Below are positions 39,530 through 52,450 of a DNA stretch of 64,000 nucleotides, in pieces; positions within the stretch are counted from its first letter, which is position 1, and each line of letters starts with the position of its first letter. The position numbers and the translations under genes are program-made. The DNA is taken from the NCBI GenBank assembly GCA_964016885.1, contig OZ024740.1:91884001-91948000 (forward strand). Reading direction: 5' to 3'. This DNA is from Eledone cirrhosa (taxonomy: Eukaryota). The notes below the pieces were generated by a model that saw only the letters and a program-made list of their open reading frames with translations, was not told where the DNA came from and did not search any database.

Positions 39530-40520
39530 TGTTCTAAGATCTTGCTTCTGTGCCGCAAGCACATTTCTTCTGGGACCTTCTTAAGGTCTCCTTTCTTTAA
39601 TCAGTTCTATGTATGTGGATCACCGAATTATGTTTTCTTTATAATGATGCCTTGAATAGCATCTTCATTCAGATTGTTCTTCCTATTTGTCGTTATATTT
39701 TTATTGGCAATCACCTGGTCTATTGTCTCCTCCTTAACTACACCCTTAAATTATGGCTCGTTACTCTCAGAAACATATTTATGTTGATAGTTCTTTTCAA
39801 TCTGAACATAATCCTCCACGATAATTAAACACCATCCCACTTCAGATCACTTGAAATAAAATCCATCAACATCAACAGTTTCGTGAAATATGCTGTATGT
39901 GGTCATTATTTTCCTTGTATTTCTATTCAGTTATTTTTGCTAGATTACAGTCCATTTAAGAATTCCCGTAATGTGCATAATGGTACACATAGCTCGGAAT
40001 ATGTATTCAAACACTCTCATTTCCTTTACGTTTTGTTCTTGGTTGTATCTGCCTCCAGTATACACACACATTTATGTCCCTCTTGGGTGTCGATTTCCCG
40101 TAAAATATCACCAGTTGGTATCACGATTCCTTTGATTTCCTTCGATTCATCTATCCTCAACACTAGCACTCAACACATATGGCCAAATTCCAAACACATT
40201 TCATTGCTGAACATACGGCGAGTGTCAACAACTACATACACATCCTACTTGTTCTTCCCGTAGAGTTTTAGATCGTCTATGATTTGGAGTTGGTTGATGA
40301 TAAGCTTTCCGCTTTCCAGTTCGTATCCTGCATTCACTCTTTGCAATACATAGGGCAAGTGTATGAGGGTATCGGAAAATAATAAAGGGTGGTACTATCA
40401 CCTTGGATGATACTTCTCTTGAATTGCACTATCTCCTAAGGATAGTCCACATGATGTTAGCGTTCTCTCCCAGGTTTTCATGATATTACTTAATAGTAGT
40501 CCGATGTTGTTTTCATTATC
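39530..40520 (-). pseudogene. Old, heavily decayed R4-like RT fragment
   Basis: Minus-strand translation near 40410-40250 gives IIQGDS and LIINQLQIIDDLKLYGKNK, matching GIFQGDS and TINHLLFMDDLKLFGK of family A. Confidence 0.7.
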
Positions 40521-40642
40521 AAATTATTATAATGATTATTATAATGATTAACGTTGTAAAACTTAAACAAGAATATTAGTTTCTGCTACAAACATGACAC
40601 GATCCTACAAACGAATTAGAGAGAGCTTTCGTGAAAGGTACC

Positions 40643-41195
40643 GACATGTGGAGGATGTAGAACAGCTGTTGTCGCGTGTAGAACGGATCCAGCTATCGGC
40701 TGAGTACATAGTTAAAATCGACCAACCGCCTCCTTTTGGCCTGGAATAGCAGGCAATGTTCCTCTATCTGGTGGCAGTAGCGAAAGAGGTTGAAAGGACT
40801 GGAGACAGACACTTTTCTCTTCGACCAATCCCTCATCAACCTTTCCAAGTGAGGCTGGAGAGAAAAATGCCCCCCTAATACATTTGCTAAGAGGTGGGTG
40901 AATGTGAATAGAATGGCCCGTGTGAGAGGGATTTGTCTGATTATGCGCCTGTAGGTTAGTGAATGTGAGGATAAGATGGGTGCCCTTCCATTATGCCCTC
41001 GAAACGTCAGGTGATTCAGGATTGGTGGGGTATCAGAGTCAATCCTGAGAGGTTATCCTCCTATCGGGGAACTCCTGAGGGTTTTAATGTTCTCGTTCTT
41101 TTATATTGTTTTCATCATTATTTACTCGATTTTTTTGTAAAACCCCCATTGACCTCGTCTAAGGCATTGTCCCCTATATGTCAGCCCTTGTGGTT
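40643..41195 (+). pseudogene. Old Tx1-like 3' fragment
   Basis: VEQLLSRVERIQLSAE and RWVNVNRMARV resemble the ORF2 C-terminus; ends tgtcagcccttgtggtt like the Tx1 3' UTR. Confidence 0.75.
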
Positions 41196-41527
41196 TGGCA
41201 GTATCGGTAAAGCGTCAAACACCATGATTTGCATCATAACTTACGGCGCTTTATGATCTTGAAATCCCGACGAGGTTAAATTTGCCGTTCATCCGTATGG
41301 GTTCGATAAAATAAAGTAGTAGTCATAATTTGGGATCGATTTAATCAACTTTTTCCTCCTCACAAATTACTGTTCTTGTGCCTATACTAGAAATCAGTAT
41401 TACTATTATTGACTTTCATTCCTACGGGGTCGATAAAATAAGGTTCCAGTTGTACACTGGGGTATTTTCTCTCCTTGTGCCAAAAGTAGACACAATTATT
41501 AATATTATTATTATTATTATTATTATT
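41196..41527 (+). mobile_element. Two tandem SINE copies (second 5'-truncated from ~41411), each with an ATT tail
   Basis: Core ttca..cc..ggg.tcgataaaataa twice; 3' ends cttgtgcc..aga..ca(g/a)tatt. Confidence 0.75.
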
Positions 41528-43324
41528 GTTGGTGAAACCACGCTTCTTATCGCCTCCAGTTTTTTTCAACGTTTTACCTCGTTTTCAACCGTTCTAAACC
41601 TTTATTCAAATTTTAAATTTGATAAAAGTTTAGAAGAAGTGAACCACCTAATACAGGAGTTCACTCGTAAATAATTCGGCACCCCTTTACGGGTTGTCGT
41701 ATTTGTATTTGTGTAAAAATATTTTTTTGAAAAAAATGTCAACATGGATAACACAAGAAAGAGTGAGAGAGCGCTGTCAGACAACAGAGAGAGAGTGAGA
41801 CTTTATCAGCATGTCAACAAGACAGCGTTCCAACGGAGGTAAATATAAAGGAAATATTTCAAAGGAAAAGTAGATTGTAACAGATTTAAAATTAACAAAT
41901 ATTTCTAACACAAACAACACCAACAATAACACCAACAACAACACCAACAACAAGAACATCAATAACAACAGCAACAACAAAAATAACAGCGGTAAGGCCG
42001 AGAACGACAATAACAATGACAATAACAACAGCCACAACAACAATAATAGTAGGAACAGTATCAACAAAAACAACAATAATAAAAACAGCCACAATAATAG
42101 TAACAACAGCAACAGCATCAACGAAAACAACAACACAACAACAACGACTGTACCAACGAAAACATCAACAAGGACATCGATACCTCTAATAGCGATCTCA
42201 GCACCACCAGTAAGACCAGTAGCGGCAGCTATAGTGGTGCTGCTGAAAAAGGGACCACTTCTTTTGCAGGTGTCGCCAGAAATATCGAGACAGTGTTAGT
42301 CAAAGAGGAGGAGATGGTAGTCGCAAGGGCCATGGTGACAAGAAGCGCCAATAGTGTCTCCCAGAAACTTCCAGCCGATTTTTTCAAGGACCAGTAACTA
42401 AGGACGGTGACTTACCGCACCGTATGCAAAATCGCACATAGGGTGGAGAGAGCCACGGAGGCTCAAATCCAAAAGGCCTTGGGTGCGTCTGGGCACGCAA
42501 AACCCACATCAGCCGAGGCAGAAAGTGCGCTACAGTAGACGTACTGTTCGCTACCCCCCAGGAAGCAAAGTCTCACACTTTGGAAACCCTAACGAGTGAG
42601 GAGATAGTCTGGATGCCCTCCTTCTGCGGGAAGTAAATTGTGAGGGTCAAAGTGACCCAGGTCCCACCCGACGTGTCCATACCTTGGCTTGTCGCGTCTG
42701 TCCTTGCTGGAATCGAAAACAGGACGACCATGCTGAAAGTAGAAAAAATAGGGAGAGAGAACTGGTCAGGTATAGGCATGCAAATGCTTATATAAACTGA
42801 CCAGGAAAGTATCGACGCTATCCCCGATATCATCGACATCGAGGAAGGACTCCAACTCCCTATAAGTGTAGAAGGAAGACGGCCAAAATGTTATCTATGT
42901 GGGTCGAAGGGTCACCTCAGGGTCTTTTGCCCGCAGAAGCAGCGAAGAAAAAGGCCCCTCTCCTCCCAATACATGGTCCGCTGCTACCAGGAGCAGGGTA
43001 GGCAACAAACTCAGAAGCCTCTTCAAGGGAGAGTAGGAGGGAAACATCCGTAGCACCCGTACCAAGGCCACGGACAACTAAAGCACCATCATCAGTGGCG
43101 GCAACACCAATAGCTACATTTGAAGTAGCTACACCAGCAACAACATTGCCGAAGAGGGCTCCACTACCACCACCAACAGCCATGGAGCACATACCCATCT
43201 TAGACGCCAGAGAATCTGACATGGAGTTTGAGGCGGGAGTGAAGTGGCAAACGGTCTGCTACAAAAACAAAAAAAACAAAAACCACTTAGATTCACCCTC
43301 CAAAAGCCAAGGCATGTAAAGAGA

Positions 43325-43433
43325 GGTAAAGGCAAAGTTAACCTCGGCGGGATTTGAACTCAGAATGGCAAGGGCGTAACTCTATGCATCAAAGCATGGC
43401 GTCTGACCCTCTACCGATAGTGCCAATCCACCA
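43325..43433 (-). mobile_element. SINE 5' half inside T6
   Basis: Matches 23925-24028; canonical box B gagttcaaatccc on the minus strand. Confidence 0.8.
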
Positions 43434-43439
43434 AAAGTA

Positions 43440-43576
43440 ATGATTATTATTATGCTGGGACTGGTGGTGGTGATGGTGAAATTGCCGTTATCTGGCTGTT
43501 GCATTTAGTGTACATAGAGCGGTGAGGGATAGGTGGTGTATCGTGTTTGAGGTGTTGGTGAAATTGCTGTTATTTG
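43440..43576 (-). repeat. Fragment of spacer X inside T6
   Basis: Matches 56455-56587 directly and 19600-19695 inverted. Confidence 0.75.
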
Positions 43577-46500
43577 GGTCATCTTGGAAGCAGGGTCACC
43601 TGCTCAACGACCTCAGTTCACTAAACATATATGTGGTGGCCATCAGTGAAACAAGAAACTCCGAAGCACAAGACTTCGCACCGATCCTCGGCGGCTACGA
43701 TGTATACGCATCTCCCAGCCGTCCAGGATCGGGGGGAGGGTTTGCCGTCATTTTTCGGAGAAGCTTGGATCTCGCGATACGGGCCATCTTCCTAGACCCA
43801 GGTGAGTCGGTGGTGCTGGACGTGGCCGGCAGCGAAGGCAATTCTTACAGGCTAGTAGCCGTCTACGCCCCAATAGGGCCAAGACGGCCGGATTTCTTCA
43901 GACGTCTAGACACCTTTCTTGGAACGTCCCGCTCTTTAGTGTCAGAGGGCCACTGGAACGGTATCTTGGATGCACCCTGGGATTGTGTGGGGCTAGTGGA
44001 TAGAGAAGGAGGGTGCAAGAGCCTCACCAACCTGCTCAGACGTTTTGAACTGTCTGAGAGGTATCGACTGGATCACCCGAATGTGCCAATGTGGACATGG
44101 ACAAACCGCATCGGGTCATCCAGATCGTATCTCGATAGGGTATTCTGCAGAGAACTAGATAAGGCTAGTATAAGTTGTCCACAATTTAAAATAGTCGACT
44201 ATACAGACCACAAATGTGTGATCTGTGAGATCAACATAGACAGACTTCATAGACAAGGGCCTGGTTACTGGAAGCTGAACGCGTCTTTCCCGGCGCGCAA
44301 AGCCTACAGAGAACGGATTAGCGTATTAGTTAAGCGTTCGTCAACAACAGGTGGTGGTTCGCCCTGAAAAGGGCAATTAAAGTAGAGTCGATTAGGTTTA
44401 GCAAAGGAGGAGTGATAGAGGAAAATAGAGTAGAGGAAGAGCTAGTCAGAAAGCTAGAAGAGGCGTTTAGGACAGGCACCGCAACCGACGTGCTTGCGGC
44501 GAGATTGGCACTCGACGAATTATTCAACGCAAAACACGAAGGCTGCGTTGTCAGAGCTAGAGCGCGTGCTCTGAAACACGAGGGGACAAAAGCCGTCCAA
44601 TGGGCCCGCGTTGCAGAGGCGCGACGTGGCAACAAATCACAATTCGGTCATTGTCTCACCAAAACGGATGCGTGATGCTCAAACCCGAGCGGATGTGTGA
44701 AGGTTTTCAGCAGCACTTTGCTGAACTGTTTGGGACCGGCGGCGGCACGGATCGGGGCTTGGATCAGTGCATACCTCGACGAACTGACTCGGCTCTCGAC
44801 GACCGCATCACAGTTTTGCGAAAAGCCAATAACAGCCGGTGAAATACGGGAAGCGATGGCTAACTGCACAAGAGCTAAATCGTCAGGTTTGGATGGTCTG
44901 CCCTGCGAGCTTTATGCATTTATGCCAGACTTGTTCGGTGACCTCTTGGCAGACGTCTACTGCAACTGGCAGCAGAACAGGAACATTGCCAGTTTTCTGA
45001 GCCGAGGAGCAGTGGCGCTGCTGAGAAAAGACCCGAACAAGGGGGATGTTATCGATAGTTTCAGGCCCATAACCATGCTAAACGCAGAGTTCAAGATTTT
45101 GGCCAAGGTGTTAGCAACGAAGTTGGCGCTTGTCGTCAAGGGTCTGGTGGGAGAGCCGCAGACATGCGCCATTCCGTACAGATCCATACACGACAACCTC
45201 CACCTCATGCGATACATCATAGAGAGGGTGGTTAAGGAACCTGGAAAGGATGGGGCCCTAATCAACTTGGATCATTCCAAAACATTCGATAGGGTCTACC
45301 ATCGGTACCTGGCGGCGCTCCACGAGGCAGTCGGTTTCGGGTCCGTTTTCAGGGGTTGGATCTCAGCAAAGTACAGCGACATCTCCTCAGTTGTGAGGGT
45401 GAACGGTCACCTGTCGCAGCCGTTCAACATCATGCGCTCAGTCCGCTAGGGTTGTCCCCTTCGTCGCTCTTCTACGTATTGGCCCTCGCGCCGTTACTGC
45501 ACAAACTTGGGGCGATGAGGGGCCTCTCACGCGAACTAGCATGCGGGAAATCTGAATCGGTTTACGCTGACGACGTCACCGTGGTGGTGTCGAGCACCAG
45601 ACACGTCCAGATGTTCAGCACCGCTCTCAAAGAAAACGAAGCGGTGACGGGAGCAAAGATAAACCAGGAAAAGTCGGTGGGCTTGCAGCTCGGCACCTGG
45701 AGAGGCAAGACCATACCGTCCGACAGCGTCGTGAGGCGTTGGATGGACGGACCGCTTAAATTGCTCGGTGTCTGGTTCGGACCGGACGTCGAGATGGAGA
45801 ATAACTGGAACGAGGTGACGAGCAGGATGGCCACCCTCACCCAGAAATGTGCCGAGAGGAAGCTGTCCCTGAAAGGTCGGGCGGAGGAGTCGAATACGTA
45901 CATCGCATCCGTCATCTGTTCCCGCCTCACCGTCGTCCCTTGCTCCAGCCCAACTCTCACAAAAATAGAGCGCCTCATCTTCCGCTTTTTGTGGAAAGGA
46001 CGCTCTCCCTTGGTCTAACGATCCATCTGCTGTCAACACCTGTTGCGTGTAGGACTGGGAATGCCATGGCTGATGATGCAAAAACATGCGCTGAGGCTGC
46101 GACATATCTGGTGCTTTCTTGTTGGTGAACAGGTGTGGTCGCCGTTCGCCAGGCACGTTTTTCCACAGCTTTTCTCCTTGACGGAGCTGCAGTCCTGGGT
46201 CAGAAAAAGACCGAGGGATAGCGCTTGGAAACTGGAATGTCTCCAGGCGCTCACTGCCCTCTGCCAGCTGGGCACCAGTATCGGTGGAACATCCACCTTG
46301 GCGTTCTATAGAGGAGTAGTGGAAGGGAAGAGCGACGACATTCTCGGAGAGATACTGGGCGTCAAAGAAGATCAGCTGTTTGCTCTCTTCTGGAAAACTT
46401 TCAGCCCGGGGCCTATAGATAACTTCCAAAATCCCTGGCCTGGCAGTGCTACCGGGGAGCGCAGACGGTTCGAGATATGCTCTACAGGCACGGAAGTGCC

Positions 46501-47192
46501 GTCAGCCGAGCCGGTCCGAGATGCGCGCAGAGCGACGAAACCGTCGTGCACCCACTCGTTCAGTGCCCGAGCATTGCTGACTTGTGGAGTTATGTCGAAC
46601 AGTTACTGTTGGGTGTCGGACTGATCCGGTTGTCGACTGAGTCCATTGTGCAGATCGTCTCGCCGTCTTCCTTCGTGGAGGAAGGGCAGGCGGTTTTCAT
46701 CTGCCTGGTGGTCATGGCGAAAGAGATTGTGTGGTGGACAAGGTTAAAAGGGTTAAAGACAGACACCTTCCTCTTCGGCGAATCCCTAATTAACTTTTTC
46801 AAGTTTCACTTGAGCAAGAAAATCAGGGTGGAGAGGCAAGTGCTGCCTTCTAGCAAGTTTGGTGAAAGGTGGGTGAATGTAGCGAGAATGGTCCACTCTG
46901 AATATATGTCTGTAGTTTCAGAGATCGAAAAATTGAGAGACGGCGCTTGCCCTGGTGGTCAGGGTGGCCGTCGTCTTTTGTGATGTTTCCCCCTATTGGG
47001 GAATTTTTCATTGTTTCAATTTTCATTATTATTGTTTATATATATATATATGTTTCTGTCCTTTTTTTTACTTTTCTTATATAAATAATAAAAATATTTA
47101 CACGCACAAAAAGCCACATCGTACCGTACTGTACCGTCCTGTTCTGTCTGTAATGTTTTTCTTGATGTCAGCCCTTGTGGCCAATAAAGAAA

Positions 47193-47194
<2 letters not shown>

Positions 47195-47230
<36 letters not shown>
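47195..47230. repeat. (ATT)n between the T6 3' end and the T7 5' end
   Basis: Directly visible. Confidence 0.97.
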
Positions 47231-50200
47231 GAATGCCATGGTTGACGGAGGCTCGGCTCTGTAAGGTATTGTAAATGTTGACCGCTATAACAATTGTAAA
47301 TTGTTTAAAACTTTAACCAAACTGTAGACAAAAACACCCTCCTCCACGTGAGAGGGGTCTTTCTGCCCGTTATTTGGCTCTTCGGGGTTAAATAACCGCT
47401 TATTGGAGTTTTGTGCCCAATATTTATTTTAAACCCCCCAAAAAACATGGCTACACAAAATAATTTTCACAAGTCACTCCCACTCATTCCGTCTACTTCC
47501 TCCTCAATCGTCACTACAGCAGAGAGAAGATTGTCTCTCTCCCTCCCTCCTCTAAATGTGTCTCTCTCCCTCCCTTCTCTTTCGCAAGCGACGCCAGTAA
47601 AGAAAAATAGTTTCCAAAAACACGTGCAAAACATGGAACATTTCTCCACGACGACGACAACGACGAAAAAGGTGTGTGGTAAATACGAAAACCCATTTCA
47701 TTCGTCTGACGTCAAGTATAGTAGTAGTAGCAGCCGTAATAACAGCAGGATCAGCAACAGTGACAAGAAAAACAACAGTAGCAGCCGCAACAGCATCAGC
47801 AGCAGCATACACAACAACATCATTGGCAGCAACATCAACAACATCAGCAGCAGCAGCAGCAACAACAACCACAGCAACAGCGGCGGCGGCAGTAGTCGTA
47901 GTACCTGCAGCAAGAACAAAAGTAACAGCAGCTCTGATGACAACAACAACAACAACAGCAGCAAGAAAAACCAATCTCATTTGCAGGTATCGCAAAGAAC
48001 CTGGAAACCATCCTCATAACAAATGAGGAATTACAGGAAGCAAAGAAGATGGTGACGAAAACCGGACACCGAGCAATCTGCAAGACAGCCGAAAAAGGTT
48101 TCGAAACCCAACAGCACTGTACAGTAAGCATAACATCTAGTAGGGTTGAAAGAGCCACAGAGGCTCAAATACAAAAAGCCTTAGGGTCTTAGTGGCAGCG
48201 GAAAACGCATATCACCCGTGGCAAGAAATATGCTACCCTGGACGTGCTTTTTGACACACCCCATGTGCAAAGACTCAATCCTTAGTGACCCTAAGGAGCG
48301 AGGAAATGGTGTTGGTGCCCTCCTACTGCGGGCAAAAAATTGTGAGGGTCAAACTGACCCCCCCCCCCCTGGGATGGCCCCTTCTCGGCTGGCCGCGTCT
48401 GTGCTCGTCGCAATCGAGGACAAAACAACTGTACTTCAAGTACAGAAAAAAAGTAAGAGAAGATTGGGTCGGCACCTCCATTGAGATGTTAATCCAAACC
48501 AACCAGGAGTGCATCGAAGCTATCCCGGATGTGATAGACTTCGATAACGGCACTCAACTGCCCATAAGTGTTGAGGGCAAACGCCCGAAATGCTTTCACT
48601 GTGGATCGAAGACTCACATCAGGGCCTTCTGCCACGAGAAGACCCTGAGAAAGGAGAAACCGGCTCCACTGCCACAAGCAACAGGACAAGCGGCAACCAG
48701 GAACGATAGGTCCGTGGCACCCATACCCACGCCACGGAAATCAAGAACAGCAGAAGCAGTGTAATTATTAACAACAACAACAATAATACCAACTGCAGCT
48801 GCAACAGCAACATCGCAAACACAACGACAAAACACACACACCCAGCAAAAACGAAAAGAAAATAGCAGAACCACACCCTACCCCTAGAAAAAGAAATGCA
48901 CAGCAATAAATATACGCAACAAGAAACTAATGACTTACATAATTGAACACGCAGACATTTCACAGCACGACTACATAATACCCACACCAATCAAAATACC
49001 AACGAACATAAGACTGGTAAGAACAGCACAGAAACAATACACAAACACTAAAACGAAATTCCCCAACGCAGTTGGTGATTTTTTCCGGCGTCTGGAGACC
49101 TTCCTTGGAACGTCCCGCTATTTAGTGTTAGTGGGCGACTGGAACGGGATCTTAGATGCACGCTGGGACTGTGTGGAATTAGCGGATAGGGGATGAGGGT
49201 GCAAGAGCCTCACCAACCTGCTCAGGCGATTTGAACTGTCTGACAGGTACCGATTGTATTTCCCGAATGTGTCAATGTGGACTTGGACAAATCGCATAGG
49301 GTCATCCAGATCATATCTAGATAGAGTATTTTGTAGGGAAATAGATAGGTCTACCATAGGCTCTCCACAGTTCAAGATAGTCAGCTACACGGACCCAAAC
49401 ATTCGTGAACTATGTGCTTGATTTAGATAGGCTTCATAGACGAGGACCCGGCTACTGGAAGCTAAACGCGTCCTTACCAGCGCGCAAGGCCTACAGAGAC
49501 CGGATTAGCGAACTAGTTAAGCGGGCGTTGACGGGGGCCATCGTCAACTACAAGTGGTGGTTTGCTCTGAAAAGAGCAATTAGAATAGAGTCCATTAGGT
49601 TTAGTAAGACTTTAACAATAGAGAAAAATAGAGCAGAGGGAGAATTAGTTAGAAAATTAGATGAGGCGCTTAGCAAAGGCATCGCGACCGAAGTACTTGC
49701 GGCGAAATTGGCCCTTGACCAATTCTCGAAGGCAAAGCACGAAGGCTGCGTTGTCAGAGCTAGGGTGCGTGTTCTCAGACACTAGGGGACGAAAGCCGTT
49801 CAATGCGCCCGAGTGGCGGAGGCCCGTCGTGGCAACAAAGCCACGATCCGGTCTTTGGTGGACCACGACGGGCGCATGCTACTCGATCCGGGGAAAATGT
49901 GTGAAGCTTTTCAGCGACATTTCGCTCAGCTGTTCGCGGTCAGCGGTGGGCCGAGTCGAGGGATGGACTTTAGTGTCTACCTCGACGGACTGCCGCAGCT
50001 CTCGGCCACTGAGGCGGAGTGTTGCCAAAAGCCGATAACAGCCGCTGAAGTACGGGAGGCAATGACTGGCTGCACAAGGGGTAAATCGCCTGGTTTGGAT
50101 GGTCTGCCCTATGAACTTTATGTACAGATGCCAGACTTGTTCGGAGGCCTCTTGGCGGACGTCTACTGCAACTGGCAACAGAACGGGAGAATTCCCAGCT

Positions 50201-52388
50201 CTGTGAGCCGAGCAGCGGTGGCACTGCTGAGAATGGGTCCGAACAAGGGGGATAACATAGATAATTTCAGGCCCATAACTCTGCTAAACACAGAGTTCAA
50301 GATTTGGGCCAAGGAGCTAGCAAAGAGGTTGGCGCTTGTCGTTGGTGGTCTGGTGGGAGAGGCGCAGACATGCGCCACTCCCGACAGATCCATCCACGAC
50401 AACCTCCAACTCATGCGATACATCGTAGAGAGGGTAGCTAGGGAACCTGGCACGGGTGGGTCATTGATCTATTTAGATCACTCGAAAGCTTTCGATAGGG
50501 TCGACCATCGTTGCCTAGCGGCAGTCCTGAGGGCGGCTGGCTTTGGGCCCGTCTTCAGAGGCTGGATCGCTCCCGTGAACAGCGACATCTGCTCTGTGGT
50601 GAGAGTGAACGATCACCTTTCGGAACCGTTCAACATCATGCGTTCGGTCCGCCAAGGATGTGCCCTCCTCTCGTCACTCTTGTACGTATTGACTCTCGAG
50701 CCATAAATGCACGAACTGGAGACGTTGAGCGGTGTCCGCTCGAACTAGGATGCGCAAGATCCGTGTCAGCATATGCCGACAATGTCACCGTAGTGGTGTC
50801 GAACGTCAAACACATCGAGGCGATCGGCACTACACTAAGAGAATAAGAAGCGGTGACAGGAGCAAGGATCAATCAGGAAGAGTCAGTGGGCCTGCATGTC
50901 GGCACCTGGAGAGGCACGTTCATGCCGTCCAACAACGTTGTCGGGCGCTGGACGGAATAATCGGTTAAATTGCTCGGGGTTTGGTTCGGTCCGGACCTGC
51001 AGGCGGACAAAAACTGGGACGAGGTGACGAGCAGGGTGGCTTCTCGCACCCAGAAATGGCCGGAGAGGAAGCTATCCTTGAAATGTCGAGCGGAGGTGGC
51101 TAACGCGTACATAGCGTCTGTCATCTGCTACCGCCTGACCGTCGTGCCTTGTCCTAAGCCCCGCCTGACGGCGCTGGAGCGTTTGCTGTTTCGCTTTTTG
51201 TGGAAGAGACGGGCTCCGATGGTCAGGAGGTCCATCAGTTTTCAACACCCGCTACGTGGAGGCCTGGGCATGCCATGGCTGATGATGCGCAGACACGCGC
51301 TCAGGCTACGAAATCTCCACCTCTTCCTCAACGGTGATCAGGTGTTGTCGCCGTTTGTTAGACACGTATTTCCCCAGCTCGTTTCCTTGACGGAGCTGCA
51401 GTTCTGGGCCAAGCGAAGACCGAGAAGGAGCTCCTGGAGACTGGAATGTCTTCAGGCGCTCACAGCCCTCGACCAATCGGGCAATGTGATCGGTGGAAAC
51501 TCCACCTCGGCGTTCTTTAAAGGATTAGTGGAGGGGAAGAGAGACGACGTACTTGGGGAAACTCTAGGCGTCGACGAAAATCAACTAGCCACTCTCTTCG
51601 GAAGAACTTTCGGGCCGCGGCCTATGGACAACTTCCAGAAATCTCTGCCATGGCAGTGCTACCGGGGAGTCTTGCCAGTTCGGGATAAACTCTACAGGCC
51701 TGGAGGTGCCGTCAGCCGGGCAGGTCCGAGATGTGCTCAGGGCGACGAAACCGTCCTGCACGCACTCGTCCAGTGTCCGAAAATTGCTGACTTGTGGTCG
51801 TTGTCGAACACCTGCTGTCGCGTGTAGGACGGATCCGGCTATCATCTGAGTCCATCGTGAAAGATTTCCCCGCCCTCTTCCTTTAGCCGGGAAGTGCAGG
51901 CAATGTTTATCTGTCTGGTGGCCAAGGCGAAAGAGATAGTATGGTGGACACGTTTGAAAGGGCTGAAGACGAGCACTTACCTCTTCGGTGATGCCTTGAT
52001 TAACTTTTTCAAATTTCATTTGAAAAGGAAAATCAGGGTAGAGAGGGACGTCCTCTCTTCCCAGCATTATGTTGAAAGATGGGTAAGAGAGGCAAGAATG
52101 GACGAATTGAATGGGCCTACTCTGAGTATGTGTATGTAAATTAAAGGTGGAAAACTGGGAAAGGGCACTTGCCTTGGTGGTCAGGGTAACTGTGGCCTTT
52201 TAATGGGCTTTCTCCACAAATGTACCTCCGAAGTCTCCCCCCTGTTAGGGAATTTTTCATTTTTATTTTTTTGTTACATCCTCTGTTTTTGTTTTATACA
52301 CGCAGAAATGCCCATTTGTACCGTCCTGTATTGTCCTGCACTGTCCTTAATGTCTACTTTATGTAAACCCTTGTGGTTAAAAAAGAAA

Positions 52389-52390
<2 letters not shown>
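47231..52390 (+). mobile_element. Tx1-like element T7 (same subfamily as T1), degraded, ORF1/ORF2 junction deleted
   Basis: 5' end gaatgccatggttgacggaggc matches T1; CFHCGSKTHIRAFC; ORF2 remnants to 52139; deletion at ~49078. Confidence 0.9.
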
Positions 52391-52435
<45 letters not shown>

Positions 52436-52448
52436 ATTATTATTATAG
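52391..52448. repeat. (ATT)n shared by the tail-to-tail T7 and B2 3' ends
   Basis: Directly visible. Confidence 0.95.
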
Positions 52449-52450
52449 TT

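Larger units (their letters stand above)
41531..47194 (+). mobile_element. Tx1-like element T6 (divergent subfamily), degraded, ORF1/ORF2 junction replaced
   Basis: ORF1 remnants ~41870-43319 (CYLCGSKGHLRVFC); ORF2 remnants 43576-46915 with YADD; AATAAA and (ATT)n; 5' end abuts the ATT tail of a SINE. Confidence 0.88.

Noticed and set aside
45536-46429. 297-aa antisense ORF in T6
   Set aside because: Shadow of GC-rich ORF2; not open at this length in the other copies.
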